A stretch of DNA of 56,848 bases from Acidimicrobiia bacterium (GTDB taxonomy: Bacteria > Actinomycetota > Acidimicrobiia > Acidimicrobiales > CAIXPF01), in assembly GCA_009377505.1 (NCBI GenBank), contig WHTX01000001.1, forward strand, positions 1 through 56,848, read 5' to 3'. Positions within the stretch are counted from its first letter, which is position 1. Each line of letters begins with the position of its first letter. The notes under the pieces were generated by a model, which saw only the letters and a list, made by a program, of their open reading frames with translations, did no database searches and was not told where the DNA came from. The position numbers were made by a program, and so were the translations under genes. Positions 37,819 to 46,282 of the stretch are shown here, one piece after another.

Positions 37819-39210
37819 CTAGATCAGCATGTGCCCGTCGGCCATGCCCGCCGCGCCCAGGGCCAGTTGCTTCGCCCGGTCCATGTCGTAGTAGCGACGG
37901 GTCACGATGCGCTGGGCGTAGAGCCCACCGCCGGACTGGATGTTCGTCACCAGGTGCCAGCCGCCGTAGCTGTCGGCGGTGAGGTCGCGGATGGCGTGGA
38001 ACAGCTTCGCCCGGTACTCGCCTTCCACCTCGGGCCCTGTCGAGAGGTATTTGCGCAGCAGCGGCCCGACGTCGGGGTTCTCGAGGTCCGAGATTGCCGG
38101 GGTGGTGACCACGGCGCCCCCGGCGATGTCGTGGAGGTGGCGGACCATCAGCCCGTACTGCGCCGCGCCCTGGTACTTGCCGGCGTTCGTGTACAGCTCG
38201 TTGGGGAAGGCCGCCCCGTCCGCGGTGACGTCGCAGTGGGCGATCGCCGCTTCGAGCGCGGCGCGCACGAGGGTGGCGTGGATGAGCATCTCGGAGATCT
38301 TCTCCTTGATGTGGCTCTCCCGCGACAGCCCGTTGGCCTCGGCGATGAGCTGGGCGAGCCCCACGAGCATGTCGGCTTGGTCGGCCATCGCCGCGAGGCC
38401 GCCGAGGCGCTCCCAGAGCCCGAGGGCGTGGGCGAACACCGCCGCGTAGCCCGTCTCCCCGTCGAGGAACACCCGCTCGTGGGGCACGAACACGTCGTCG
38501 AAGATCACGAACCCGTCGGGCATGTGGTGCCCGTCCGTGTGGGGGAAGTGCCGCGAGTCGGGGTGGCGGGGGGCGTAGGTGGTGTTGACGATCCGCACCC
38601 CGGGCGTGCTCACCGGCACCGCGCAGGTGATGGCGTACTCCTCCTCGCCGGGCTTCATGTTCTTCGTGGGCATGACCATCAGGTCGTGCCCGAAGCTGGC
38701 CCCGGTGATGTGGAGCTTCGCCCCGCGGATGACGACGCCGTCGCGCTGGCGGTCGACCACGTGGACGTAGGCGTCAGGGTCGTGCTGCTTGCCGGGGGCG
38801 ACGGCGCGGTTGCCCTTGGCGTCGGTGATGCACTCGGTGATGCGGATGTCGTTGCGCTGGGCCTCGTCCACGTAGGCGTTGATGCGCTCGACGTACTCGC
38901 CGTTGGTCTCGGCCACCTTCGCCGAAGCGGTCAGCACCGTCATGAGGGACTGGAACGTGGTGTTGGTGACGATGTCCGCCTCGTGCAGCGCGGGCAGGCG
39001 ATCTTTCAGCTCCTCGAACCCGTTCGGCGCTGTGAGCAGGGGATTTATGGCCCCAGGCTCGGCGCTGTAGAACTTGTCGTACACGCCCGCGACCTGGTCG
39101 ACGGCGTCGCGCAGCACGGGCTCGACGGATATGTCGGCGATCTGGCGGCCTTCGAAGTAGGTGAGGCGCCCGTCTCGGAGCGACTCGCGGTACTGGTCCC
39201 CGGTCAACAT
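37819..39210 (-). CDS. HpaB / 4-hydroxybutyryl-CoA dehydratase (AbfD) superfamily protein
   Basis: ATG 39210 follows GAGGAGGA. 'LTGDQYRESLRDGR', 'ITDAKGNRAVAPGKQHDPDAYVHVV...DGVVIRGAKLHITG' and C-terminal 'GGGLYAQRI'. The Cys ligands of the AbfD Fe-S cluster are not present. Confidence 0.75.
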   Translation of the reverse strand: MLTGDQYRESLRDGRLTYFEGRQIADISVEPVLRDAVDQVAGVYDKFYSAEPGAINPLLTAPNGFEELKDRLPALHEADIVTNTTFQSLMTVLTASAKVAETNGEYVERINAYVDEAQRNDIRITECITDAKGNRAVAPGKQHDPDAYVHVVDRQRDGVVIRGAKLHITGASFGHDLMVMPTKNMKPGEEEYAITCAVPVSTPGVRIVNTTYAPRHPDSRHFPHTDGHHMPDGFVIFDDVFVPHERVFLDGETGYAAVFAHALGLWERLGGLAAMADQADMLVGLAQLIAEANGLSRESHIKEKISEMLIHATLVRAALEAAIAHCDVTADGAAFPNELYTNAGKYQGAAQYGLMVRHLHDIAGGAVVTTPAISDLENPDVGPLLRKYLSTGPEVEGEYRAKLFHAIRDLTADSYGGWHLVTNIQSGGGLYAQRIVTRRYYDMDRAKQLALGAAGMADGHMLI

Positions 39211-39364
39211 GTGCTCGGTCCTCCTCGGCCTCGCCCGGTCAGCTGGCGTCACCTGACGATAGTGTCAGCCGCGGGGCCGTGGCTCAGCGCCGGCTGGGGG
39301 CGGTGGCCCAGCTCACGCCGTGGGGCGAGGGCCGGTCGGACGGACAGAGACGCCAGGGGGCGAC

Positions 39365-40615
39365 ATGCGGATCGCGATCACTGGGACGGGGGCGGTGTCC
39401 CCCCTGGGTGTGGGCGCCGACGTGCTGTGCGAGGCGCTGCTCGCCGGCGAGGTGGGCATCCGCCGCCTCCCCTGGCGCCCGCCGGAGGACCCGAGCCTGC
39501 TCGGCACGCTGCACGACAGCTTCGACCCCCGCGACTGGATGGACGAACGGGTCATCAGGGGTACCGACCCCTTCGCCCGGATCGGCCTCGCCGCCACCGC
39601 CCAGGCCCTCCGCCAGGCCGGCCTCGAGGACGCCCTCGACCAGTTGCGCACCGCGGTGGTCGTCGGCACCTCCATCGGCGGCTCGCACTCGCTCACCCAC
39701 GGTCAGTGGGCCTTCGACACGAAGGGCGCCGAGGCCGTCGACGGCAAGCTCATGATCCAGATCTGGCCCAACATGGCCGCGTCGCAGATCTGCATGCGCT
39801 ACGACCTGCACGGCCCCTCCCTCACGGTGACGACGGCCTGCGCGTCCTCCCTCGACGCCCTCGGGACCGCCGCCCGCTTCATCGAGGCGGGGCTGGCCGA
39901 CGTGGCCATCACCGGGGGGATCGAGGGGGCCCGCGACCCGGCCTCGGACCCGGCCTACGAGCCAGCGACGAGCGCCGCCGAGTCCAGCTACGGCATGTCC
40001 ACCCCGTCGGTCGACCCCAAGCGGGCCATGCTGCCCTTCGACGCCAACCGCACCGGCATCGTGTCGGGCGAGGGGGCGGCCTTCCTCGTCCTCGAGTCCG
40101 AGGCCCACGCCCGTGCCCGGGGGGCGGAGGTGCTGGGTTGGGTGCGGGGCTACGGCTCACTGGCCGACGGCTACCACCCGTCCTCCCCCGAGCCGTCGGG
40201 CCGCTGGGAGGCGCGGGCCATGGAGCTGGCCCAGGCCGACGCCGGCATCGCTCCCGCCGACGTCGACGCGGTGATCGCCCACGCCACCGGCACCCCCAAG
40301 GGCGACGCCGCGGAGATCCTGGCCCTCAACGGCGTGTTCGTCGACGGCGCCGGCCGCGATGACCTCGTGGTCACCGGGCTCAAGGGCAACACCGGCCACA
40401 CGGGCGCCTCGGCTGGGGCCATGAACATCCTCGCCGGCATGTGGGCCATGCGCCACGGGCGGCTCCCCAACGTGGCCGGCACCACCGACCTCGACCCCAC
40501 CGTCCGCTTCGACGTGGTGTTGCACGAGCCCCGGTCGGTCGACCTCGAGGTCCTGCAGGTGAACGCCTTCGGCTTCGGGGGCCAGGACGCCTCGGTGCTC
40601 GTCACCCGGAGCTGA
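39365..40615 (+). CDS. beta-ketoacyl synthase (KAS I/II, FabF-like), stand-alone
   Basis: 'MRIAITGTGAVSPLG', active-site 'TACASS', 'HATGTPKGD' and 'GNTGHTGASAG' (Cys-His-His triad). Confidence 0.85.
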   Translation: MRIAITGTGAVSPLGVGADVLCEALLAGEVGIRRLPWRPPEDPSLLGTLHDSFDPRDWMDERVIRGTDPFARIGLAATAQALRQAGLEDALDQLRTAVVVGTSIGGSHSLTHGQWAFDTKGAEAVDGKLMIQIWPNMAASQICMRYDLHGPSLTVTTACASSLDALGTAARFIEAGLADVAITGGIEGARDPASDPAYEPATSAAESSYGMSTPSVDPKRAMLPFDANRTGIVSGEGAAFLVLESEAHARARGAEVLGWVRGYGSLADGYHPSSPEPSGRWEARAMELAQADAGIAPADVDAVIAHATGTPKGDAAEILALNGVFVDGAGRDDLVVTGLKGNTGHTGASAGAMNILAGMWAMRHGRLPNVAGTTDLDPTVRFDVVLHEPRSVDLEVLQVNAFGFGGQDASVLVTRS

Positions 40616-40638
40616 CCCCGCAGTGCAGCGCAACCCGG

Positions 40639-41262
40639 TCAGGCGGGGCGCAGGCTGGGGCTCTGGGCGTGGAGCACGGCGGCCACGTGGTCCTGCACCC
40701 AACCGCGGTCGGTGTCGAGCTCGCGGACGAGGCTCCGGTAGTAGAGCGGCCCGATGAGCTGGTCGAGCACGACGTCGAGATCGACGTGCGTGTCGAGCTG
40801 GTGTCGTTCGGTGGCTCGGTCCAGCACGGCGCGCAGGGCGTCGACCCGCGTGGAGGCCTGGCGATCGGCCCGCCGGCGGATCTCGGGCTCGACGCGGGCC
40901 GCGGCGATGACCGAGGGCAGCACCTGGGCCCAGGTCGACTCGCTCTGGAGTTGCTCGGCCATCCCCCCGAGCAGGTTCACGAGGTCGCGCCGCAGGTCGC
41001 CGCTGTCGGGGACGTCGGGGATGTCGACGAAGGCGTCGACCATCTCGGCGACGAGGGCGTCCGGCCCGTCCCAGTACCGGTAGAGGGTCGACCGGGCGAC
41101 GCCGGCCTCGCTGGCCACCCGCTCCATCGTCACGCCGGCGATCCCACGCTCGGCGAGCAGCCGGGCTACTGCGTGCACGACCCGCTTGCGCGTCCGCAGC
41201 ACCCGAGGGTCGAGGTGCTGGGCTACTGCGCCTGGAGTTTGTGCAACATCTTTGTCGCGCAT
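40639..41262 (-). CDS. TetR-family transcriptional regulator
   Basis: HTH 'VTMERVASEAGVARSTLYRYW'. ATG 41262 follows AGGAA. Confidence 0.8.
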   Translation of the reverse strand: MRDKDVAQTPGAVAQHLDPRVLRTRKRVVHAVARLLAERGIAGVTMERVASEAGVARSTLYRYWDGPDALVAEMVDAFVDIPDVPDSGDLRRDLVNLLGGMAEQLQSESTWAQVLPSVIAAARVEPEIRRRADRQASTRVDALRAVLDRATERHQLDTHVDLDVVLDQLIGPLYYRSLVRELDTDRGWVQDHVAAVLHAQSPSLRPA

Positions 41263-41584
41263 GCGAGGGTTCCTATGCGTCTGCAAGACCACAAGTGAAG
41301 CGACTATTGCCGGAATGTCGCGTGTCTGTAAAGCCGAACAAGGCCTAGCCTGTGACTACGGAGAGCGTCAAGATCAGCAGGTAGGACGGCTCTTCTGGCC
41401 CAAATAGCTAGGTAATTCTTCCCGGAGGACTCACGCTGTTCTGGCTGCTTCCGATACAACATTCTCAAACTTGGGCTCCGATGCCACGCTTCGCGCGCGG
41501 AGATTTTCTCCGGCCGGATCGCTCGGCGACGGCGAAACAGGCCCAGCTACATCTACGTCAATATGTCCGGGCAAGGAGGTCGGG

Positions 41585-42127
41585 ATGAGCACGCCGAGCG
41601 TGATCCCCCAGGCGTCGGCGGGGCGCCGCCGCCGGGTGGCGACACGGGACGAGGCGATCGCGGCGTGCATCGCGCTGTTGGAGGAGACGGGCGCCGAGGG
41701 CCTCTCGATGCGGAACCTGGCGGCACGTCTGCACGTGTCGCTGCCCACGGTGTACACGTTGGTCGACTCTCGCGAGCACCTCGTCGAAGAGGTGCTGGCG
41801 CGGCAGCTGGGCGAGCTGCTCGACGCGGCCAACGACGACGTCGCCGGCTGGGCGGGCGCCTTCGGCTGGGTGTCCGAGCGGGCGTGGATCGTGGCGCTCC
41901 TGCGCCACGTGCCCGTCGAGCCGCACCGCCGGCTGTGCGAACGAGTGGCGGCGGCGCGGCCCGGGCTCGCCGAGGTGGCGAAGGACGGGGACGGGCTGGC
42001 GCTGCTTCAGGCCTTCCTCGTGGGGCTGGAGGCGGCGCGCCGGGCGGTGGACCTCGGCCGGGCCACGGAGGCCGGTGCGGTCGAGCTGCTCCAGCAGGTG
42101 ACGGGGGCGGTCACCCAGGCCGGGTAG
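41585..42127 (+). CDS. TetR-like transcriptional regulator
   Basis: ATG follows AAGGAGG. HTH 'LSMRNLAARLHVSLPTVYTLV'. Confidence 0.7.
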   Translation: MSTPSVIPQASAGRRRRVATRDEAIAACIALLEETGAEGLSMRNLAARLHVSLPTVYTLVDSREHLVEEVLARQLGELLDAANDDVAGWAGAFGWVSERAWIVALLRHVPVEPHRRLCERVAAARPGLAEVAKDGDGLALLQAFLVGLEAARRAVDLGRATEAGAVELLQQVTGAVTQAG

Positions 42128-42161
42128 GCGGGCCGGCGGCCGAGTAGGCTGACCGGCCCAC

Positions 42162-42235
42162 GGGGCTGTAGCTCAGTTGGCTAGAGCGTCTGGTTTGCAA
42201 CCAGAAGGCCGAGGGTTCGAGTCCCTTCAGCTCCA
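42162..42235 (+). tRNA. tRNA-Ala (anticodon UGC)
   Basis: Manual cloverleaf: acceptor GGGGCTG/CAGCTCC with G3:U70, D-arm GCTC/GAGC, anticodon arm TCTGG-TTTGCAA-CCAGA (TGC at 42196-42198), T-arm GAGGG-TTCGAGT-CCCTT, discriminator A. CCA is not encoded. Confidence 0.95.
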
Positions 42236-42629
42236 CCGAGTTGGTCTGTCCTGTTCGTGGCTGCGCCACTCCCAGAGGGCCCGCGAGGCCTGCTGGCCGG
42301 GCTCCGCCCGGCGGGGTGGGCCTGGCCTGGCGCCGTCGGGTTGGCGAGGGCTGGCGCCAGGCCCACCGAGTTGGTCTGTGCTGTTCGTGGCTGCGCCACT
42401 CCCACAGGGCCCGCGAGGCCTGCTGGCCGGGCTCCGCCCGGCGGGGTGGGCCTGGCCTGGCGCCGTCGGGTTGGCGAGGGCTGGCGCCAGGCCCACCGAG
42501 TTGGTCTGTCCTGTTCGTGGCTGCGCCACTCCCACAGGGCCCGCGAGGCCTGCTGGCCGGGCTCCGCCCGGCAGGGTGGGCCTGGCCTGGCGCCGTCGGG
42601 TTGGCGAGGGCTGGCGCCAGGCCCACCGA
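42233..42629. repeat. 3.05 x 130-bp head-to-tail tandem repeat starting inside the tRNA-Ala 3' end
   Basis: Units at 42233-42362, 42363-42492 and 42493-42622, plus the partial CCACCGA. Only three substitutions in the whole array (42275, 42380, 42573). Confidence 0.97.
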
Positions 42630-42634
42630 CAACG

Positions 42635-42672
42635 TGCAGCCCCGAGCGCGGGGAACCGCGCTCCCTGCTGCA
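42635..42672 (+). terminator. extended hairpin directly after the repeat array
   Basis: TGCAGC-ccc-GAGCGCGG-GGAA-CCGCGCTC-cct-GCTGCA: a 6-bp outer stem, an 8-bp inner stem and a GNRA-type loop. A degenerate 38-nt copy lies at 42708-42745. Confidence 0.4.
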
Positions 42673-42808
42673 AGACCGCGCCTGGAGGGTGTCGCCGGGC
42701 GGCTACGTGCAGCGCAGACGGCGGATCTCCGCGCTCGCCGCTGCAAGACGCCGTCGTCCTTCCCGGCGCGCCGCCGATGACCGCCCTGCGGACCTCACCG
42801 GAGGTACG

Positions 42809-42827
42809 GTGACGTAGGTCACGTGAC
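42809..42827. promoter_or_regulatory. GTGAC-N4-GTCAC inverted repeat overlapping the perfect palindrome GTCACGTGAC, upstream of binding protein 3
   Basis: Reads 'GTGACgtagGTCACGTGAC', ending 23 nt before the preferred ATG at 42850. Confidence 0.45.
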
Positions 42828-42849
42828 GGACGACACATGGGGGGCTCGC

Positions 42850-44406
42850 ATGAGACGGCAGCATCTGGGTGCGTGCGCGCTGCTCGTGGCTGTGGTGGCG
42901 GCGGCGTGCGGGTCCGGCGACGACGGCGAGGCGGCGAGCGCGACCACGGGGGCGCCGGCGTCCACGGCCTCGACCGAGGCGTCGGGGACCACGGCTGCCC
43001 GCGCCACGGCATCGACCGTCGAGGCGACGAACACCGACGAGCTGGAAGCCGGGTGGAAGGCGCAACGGGACGCCGTCGTCGAGGAGCTCGAGGCCGGCGG
43101 CTACGGCATCGACACGGCGACGAACACGCTCAACGGCCCTGCCGGCTTCACCGTGGACCTGAACGGGTGCCCGGCGGGCTGGTCGAACACCGAGGGACTG
43201 ACCGACGACGAGATCAAGATCGGCCAGACGCTGTCGCAATCGGGCAACACCGCCGACTTCGGCAACATGACGAGGGCGTGGATCGCCTACATGGACTACA
43301 TCAACGAGAAGTTCGGCGGCATCACCGACTCGACGGGCAAGACTCGGAAGCTGACGCTCGTGCACAAGGACGACGCGTACGACCCGGCCCGCACGATCCC
43401 GCTCGTCGACGAGCTGCTCGACAGCGACAGGGTCTTCGCCCTCACGACGAGCGGCTCGGCGAACACGCTCCGAACATATGACAAGACGAACCAGCGCTGT
43501 GTGCCTCATGCCTTCGTCTGGACTGGTCACCCCGCATTCGGAGATCCTGTCAACCATCCTTGGACCATGGGTTCCGTCCTCGGATACGCGACCGAGGCCA
43601 TCATCTGGGGCAGCTACATGGAACGTACGCTCCCCGAGGGCGCCAAGGTCGCGGCATTGGTGATGAACAACGACTTCGGGCAGTCCTACCTCGACGGGTT
43701 GACCGCGTTCATCGAGGGGAGCGACCACGGCTTCCAACTCGTCACCGAGACGTTCGAGCCGACGGCGCCCACCATCAACAACGAGATGACCACGCTCGCC
43801 GCCGAGGACCCGGACGCGTTCATCATGATGGCGACGGGGACGCCGTGTAGCCAGGCCATCACGGACGCGGCGGAGATCGGGCTGGCTGACACGGCCGAGC
43901 AGCTCTGGCAACCATCGGTCTGCAAGCCCCTGTCGCTCGTGGGCCGGGACAAGGTCGGCGACGCCTCGGACGGCTGGTTGATCGTGGGCGGTGGCCAGAT
44001 CGACATCAACGACCCGACCCGTGCAGAAGATCCCGCCATCGTCTGGGCAAAGGACCTGCTGCGGGAGGCGGGGCTCGACCCGATGAGCTCGTCCAACCTC
44101 GGCGCCGGCTTCTTCCTCGGCTGGCCGCACATCGAGACGATCCGCATCGCCGCCCAACTCGACGGCGGGCTCACGCGAACGAACATGCTCCTGGCCATGC
44201 GCTCGTTGGACCTCGACTCGCCGTTCCTCCTCGAAGGAATCCGGGTCAACACCGATGGCGCCGAGGACGCCTACCCCATCGAGGGCTCGGAGATCGCCCG
44301 GTTCGACTCGGCCCAGCAGACCTGGGCCCAGATCGGCGACATCATCGACCTGTCGGGACAGTCCCCGCCCTGCGCCTGGGACAGCTCCCAGTCCGTCTGC
44401 GGCTGA
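42850..44406 (+). CDS. ABC transporter substrate-binding lipoprotein, paralog 3 (no adjacent permease or ATPase)
   Basis: Lipobox 'VVAAAC'. Shares 'CPAGWSNTEGLTD.EIKIG', 'DDAYDPARTIPLVDEL' and 'GHPAFGDPVNHPWT' with paralogs 1 and 2. Confidence 0.8.
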   Translation: MRRQHLGACALLVAVVAAACGSGDDGEAASATTGAPASTASTEASGTTAARATASTVEATNTDELEAGWKAQRDAVVEELEAGGYGIDTATNTLNGPAGFTVDLNGCPAGWSNTEGLTDDEIKIGQTLSQSGNTADFGNMTRAWIAYMDYINEKFGGITDSTGKTRKLTLVHKDDAYDPARTIPLVDELLDSDRVFALTTSGSANTLRTYDKTNQRCVPHAFVWTGHPAFGDPVNHPWTMGSVLGYATEAIIWGSYMERTLPEGAKVAALVMNNDFGQSYLDGLTAFIEGSDHGFQLVTETFEPTAPTINNEMTTLAAEDPDAFIMMATGTPCSQAITDAAEIGLADTAEQLWQPSVCKPLSLVGRDKVGDASDGWLIVGGGQIDINDPTRAEDPAIVWAKDLLREAGLDPMSSSNLGAGFFLGWPHIETIRIAAQLDGGLTRTNMLLAMRSLDLDSPFLLEGIRVNTDGAEDAYPIEGSEIARFDSAQQTWAQIGDIIDLSGQSPPCAWDSSQSVCG

Positions 44407-44439
44407 CCCGGGCCGCGAGCGGGCGATCCAGACCGCGCT

Positions 44440-44455
44440 GTGAACTGGAGTTCAC
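44440..44455. promoter_or_regulatory. GTGAAC-N4-GTTCAC operator-like palindrome upstream of the TetR gene
   Basis: Reads 'GTGAACtggaGTTCAC', ending 15 nt before the ATG at 44471. Confidence 0.5.
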
Positions 44456-44470
44456 GCTAGTGTCGGCCCG

Positions 44471-45082
44471 ATGTCGCCGCGTCGTCGGTCGCCTGAGGCG
44501 ACGGAGGTCCTCCGGCGGGAGCTCGTCCAGGTGGCGCACGCGATCGTCGAGCGGGAGGGCCCGTCGGGCCTGACGATGCGCTCGCTCGCCGCCGAGGCAG
44601 GCTGTGCCATCGGGCTTCCCTACAAGGTCTTCACGGATCGCACCGAGCTCGTCGCCGAGGTGATCGCGGCCGAGTTCGACCGGCTGCGTGCCCAGTTCGA
44701 CGCCCTCGTCGCCGACGCAGGCTCGCGAACGGTGGGGGCGAACCTCGCCCGGTGGTCGCAGCTCCTCCTCGGATCGCCCGTCGTCGGGCTCGCCCACGAG
44801 GCGGGCGACGATCCCCGCCTGGCTGATGCCATCGATGCCGCCGCGGGGGAGAGCGGCGTCATCGGCGCCCTCGAGCTGACCGTCTCGGCCTACCTCGCCG
44901 CCGAGAAGGGGCTGGGGCGCATCGCTCCCACGGTGGACGAACGGACCTTCGGCTTCTTGATCGCCGGCGCCGTCCACAACCTGCTCGTGGCCGGGAGCGC
45001 CTACCCCCGTCCGACGAAGCGGCAGCTCGAAGGGATGCTGCGAACCGTGGCGGAGACCCTGGCCCGTCGCCCTGAGGCGTAG
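44471..45082 (+). CDS. TetR-family transcriptional regulator
   Basis: HTH 'LTMRSLAAEAGCAIGLPYKVF'. 203 aa. Confidence 0.8.
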   Translation: MSPRRRSPEATEVLRRELVQVAHAIVEREGPSGLTMRSLAAEAGCAIGLPYKVFTDRTELVAEVIAAEFDRLRAQFDALVADAGSRTVGANLARWSQLLLGSPVVGLAHEAGDDPRLADAIDAAAGESGVIGALELTVSAYLAAEKGLGRIAPTVDERTFGFLIAGAVHNLLVAGSAYPRPTKRQLEGMLRTVAETLARRPEA

Positions 45083-45137
45083 ACGGCCGGCGGCCACTGG
45101 CATCAGGGCCCCTTGTCGTGAACGCCCGTTCCTGTTA

Positions 45138-45163
45138 GGTTCGTGAACATAGGTTCACGAACC
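45138..45163. promoter_or_regulatory. 11-bp-arm perfect inverted repeat GGTTCGTGAAC-atag-GTTCACGAACC (TetR-type operator)
   Basis: Same GTGAAC-N4-GTTCAC core as 44440-44455. Lies between the TetR stop and the GGAGGAA-ATG (45182) of the next gene. Confidence 0.6.
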
Positions 45164-45181
45164 CGTGGAGGAACACCGCCG

Positions 45182-46282
45182 ATGACACCCCTCTCGACCT
45201 TCGAGCCCACTGCCGGCCAGCGTTCCGAGCGTCGCCTCGCGGCGATGGAGGATGCCCTGGACCGCCTCGACGGCTTTGCGTTCAGCGACGGGCCTGGCAT
45301 GGCCGTGCACGCGCCGATGGGAGCCGAGGCGCTGTGCAGCCTCGGCCTCGACGACCTGGTCCCCGCGTGGGTCGAGGGTTACCGCGCCAGGCATGCCCCG
45401 ATCGCTGCCCCGGCGCGATCTGCCGCCCTCGACGCCGCCGACCCAGCTGACTGGCGGGACGCCCTCGGTGACCCGGCCCGGCTCTCGGACTGGGCCGAGC
45501 TGTTCTCACGCCTCCTGCAGGTGGAGCCCTGGCAGGCCGTCCTGGCGCGCTGGGTGCCTCGGCTGATCAGCGGCTTCGCCGGCGCGCTGACCCACGGCCT
45601 GCTGCGCACGGCCCACGCCGTGCGGGCCCTCGACGCGGTCGAGCGACCGGGCGCGCTCCTGCTCCACGAGCTCGCCATGGGCCTGGGCTACTGGGCCGGC
45701 ACCTACAAGGCGCTCCCTGGCCCGGCCCGGCCGCATGGCGAGCTGAGCCTCGCTGACGCCGTCGACGGCATCCCTCGACCGTCCGAGCCCTGGGGCCCGA
45801 TGGAGGCCGGACAGTTCCAACGCCTCCCTGAGCTCCCTCACTTCGCAGCTGCGGTGGCCGACCTGGCCCCGCCCCGGGGCGACGACCCGCTCGGCGACCT
45901 GACCCTCGGGTTCGCCCGGGTGCTGCTCGCCAACCCCGATGCCCAGCTCGTGGCCCTGGTGCACACGATCACGCCGGCGGTGGCGGTCCGCACTCTCCTC
46001 CCCCACGTGCCGGACCTCACGGTCGAACTGGTCTACGCGCAGCTCTGGCAGGTGAACGCCGGCCTCGTTGCCGGCTTCCTCCGCCCGGGCGCGCCCGCCC
46101 CCGTCCCCCCGGCCGAGGACGAGCCGCCTTCGACGGAGTGGATCCTCGACCGCGTCGCCGCGCACCGCGACGCACATGTCGTCAAGCTCGCCGAGGCATG
46201 CCTCCGGGAGCATGCCCGTCGCCCCGACCCCGCCTACCTCCTCACCGCGCGGCACGTCCTCGAGGTCGTCCCACCGTGGTAG
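45182..46282 (+). CDS. hypothetical protein, possibly questin-oxidase-like (DUF4243) family
   Basis: 'VHAPMGAEALCSLG' and 'ALTHGLLRTAHAVRAL' resemble the conserved His segments of that family. The assignment is tentative. Confidence 0.45.
   Translation: MTPLSTFEPTAGQRSERRLAAMEDALDRLDGFAFSDGPGMAVHAPMGAEALCSLGLDDLVPAWVEGYRARHAPIAAPARSAALDAADPADWRDALGDPARLSDWAELFSRLLQVEPWQAVLARWVPRLISGFAGALTHGLLRTAHAVRALDAVERPGALLLHELAMGLGYWAGTYKALPGPARPHGELSLADAVDGIPRPSEPWGPMEAGQFQRLPELPHFAAAVADLAPPRGDDPLGDLTLGFARVLLANPDAQLVALVHTITPAVAVRTLLPHVPDLTVELVYAQLWQVNAGLVAGFLRPGAPAPVPPAEDEPPSTEWILDRVAAHRDAHVVKLAEACLREHARRPDPAYLLTARHVLEVVPPW

Noticed and set aside
37819-39210. Calling this gene a bona fide 4-hydroxybutyryl-CoA dehydratase (AbfD).
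   Set aside because: The region equivalent to the Fe-S-ligating 'C..C' segment contains no cysteines. Only superfamily membership can be supported.
42233-42629. CRISPR array, or attL/attR of an integrated element at tRNA-Ala.
   Set aside because: Units abut each other with no spacers and are far longer than CRISPR repeats. No cas genes or integrase/recombinase lie nearby. Only about 5-8 nt of the tRNA 3' end is reiterated, not the 30-50 nt typical of tRNA-targeted integration.
42177-42817. ORFs (179-261 aa, both strands) with repeated peptide blocks running through the tRNA-proximal repeat array.
   Set aside because: The repeat period is 130 bp, which is not a multiple of 3, so each unit is read in a different frame. 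The ORFs also overlap the tRNA. They are a consequence of a GC-rich non-coding repeat.
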